DNA of 64,000 nucleotides from an uncultured cyanobacterium (GTDB lineage Bacteria; Cyanobacteriota; Cyanobacteriia; Cyanobacteriales; CAWCAG01): NCBI GenBank assembly GCA_963793425.1, contig CAWCAG010000009.1, positions 160,001 to 224,000 of the forward strand, read 5' to 3'. Shown piece by piece: positions 62,989 to 64,000 of this stretch (position 1 is its first letter; each line of letters starts with the position of its first letter). The notes under the pieces were generated by a model. It saw only the letters and a program-made list of their open reading frames with translations, ran no database searches and was not told where the DNA came from. The position numbers and the translations under genes were made by a program.

Positions 62989-64000
62989 ATGGTCCAAACA
63001 CCTATTTCTCCTCCCAAAAAGCTTTCCAAATTAGAAGGTATAAAAGAGCGCAGTAACTATTTGCGCGAACCCCTAGCTACAGAAATTGGTGAAGATACGA
63101 CTCACTTTTCTGGCGATGCAGTACAAATCCTAAAATTCCACGGTTCCTACCAACAAGATAACCGGGATAATCGGATTAAGGGGCAAGAAAAAGACTACCA
63201 AATGATGTTGCGTACCCGTAACCCCGGAGGGTATATTGCACCTCAGCTATATCTTACCCTAGAAAAGCTTTCTGAAGAGTTGGGGAACCAAACTTTGAGA
63301 GTTACTACTCGTCAAGGATTTCAAATTCATGGGGTTCTCAAAAAAGACCTCAAAACTGTTATTTCCTCAATTGTCCAAAATATGGGTTCAACTTTGGGGG
63401 CTTGCGGAGATGTTAGCCGTAATGTTATGGCTCCCCCTGCACCTTTTAGGAATAAAGCAGAGTATCAATATGCTTGGGAATACGCTGACAAAATCGCTGA
63501 TTTGCTTACTCCCCAAACTGAAGCTTATTACGAAATTTGGTTAGATGGAGAAAAAGCCCTCAGCGCTGAAGTTGCCCCAGAAGTTACTGCAGCAAGACAA
63601 AATGATCTCAATGGGACAAATTTTCCCGATGCGACCGAACCCATTTACGGCAAGCATTATATGCCCCGGAAATTTAAGTGCTGTGTTACCGTGCCGGGGG
63701 ATAACTCCATTGATATTTATACCCATGATGTTGGGTTAATCGTAATCACCAACGAACAAGGGGAATTAGAGGGTTTCAATGTCCTTGCTGGGGGTGGTAT
63801 GGGGCGCACCCATAACAAAGAAGAAACTTTTGCCCGTTTAGCAGATCCCCTAGGTTATGTTGCTAAAGATGACGTTTTCGCTCTCCTCAAAGCTATTGTC
63901 GCCACTCAAAGAGATTATGGCGATCGCATCCAACGTCGTCATGCAAGAATGAAGTATCTCCTCCAAGACTGGGGGGTAGAAAAGTTCCGCACCACCGTTG
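62989..64000 (+). CDS. sir: Ferredoxin-dependent sulfite reductase (3' end runs off the window)
   Basis: Not in ORF track. [68 protein letters not shown]. Confidence 0.95.
   Translation, partial: MVQTPISPPKKLSKLEGIKERSNYLREPLATEIGEDTTHFSGDAVQILKFHGSYQQDNRDNRIKGQEKDYQMMLRTRNPGGYIAPQLYLTLEKLSEELGNQTLRVTTRQGFQIHGVLKKDLKTVISSIVQNMGSTLGACGDVSRNVMAPPAPFRNKAEYQYAWEYADKIADLLTPQTEAYYEIWLDGEKALSAEVAPEVTAARQNDLNGTNFPDATEPIYGKHYMPRKFKCCVTVPGDNSIDIYTHDVGLIVITNEQGELEGFNVLAGGGMGRTHNKEETFARLADPLGYVAKDDVFALLKAIVATQRDYGDRIQRRHARMKYLLQDWGVEKFRTTV

Larger units (their letters stand above)
592..63927. repeat. Dispersed HIP1 octamer GCGATCGC
   Basis: Many copies, e.g. near 592, 4841, 5313, 6254, 13752, 39563, 49923, 61232. 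Confidence 0.95.

Noticed and set aside
63329..63739. Three short ORFs
   Set aside because: Alternative frames inside sir.
1..64000. tRNA/rRNA, reverse transcriptase, retron or DGR elements
   Set aside because: No such motifs or template/variable repeat pair were recognised by eye; a covariance or HMM search would be needed to exclude them fully.

Overview
Cyanobacterial chromosome segment: AT-rich, many HIP1 GCGATCGC octamers, heptameric STRR repeats, MITE and REP-like elements, and ggpS suggesting salt tolerance. Intact-looking housekeeping and signalling genes include murI, amiC, nhaS3, CPD photolyase, ggpS, mfd, a cytosine-deaminase-like gene, a class III adenylate cyclase, moaA, gcvP, exbD, sir, two Ser/Thr kinases, PP2C, NfeD/SPFH and LysR/pirin. 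Accessory highlights are: (i) the baseplate half of a contractile injection system (gp25, baseplate J, tail protein I, DUF4159-like, membrane WD40) with a Cache-HAMP sensor lacking an enzymatic output embedded in it; (ii) two paralogous coiled-coil genes divergent from an XRE repressor plus ImmA/IrrE peptidase remnant, with two TTGA-N8-TCAA operator-like palindromes between them; (iii) a frameshifted polymorphic-toxin-like gene ending in a SAM-methyltransferase-like domain, followed by immunity-like remnants; (iv) a dynamin-like GTPase missing from the ORF track; (v) a 21-bp-period array with higher-order structure. About a dozen internal deletion junctions collapse accessory genes (FHA/CHAT, restriction-modification, acylphosphatase/GNAT, ISL3), suggesting deletion-driven erosion. 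Single-base frameshifts in gcvP, baseplate J and the HAD phosphatase look like sequencing errors. All family assignments come from motif recognition by eye, not database searches.
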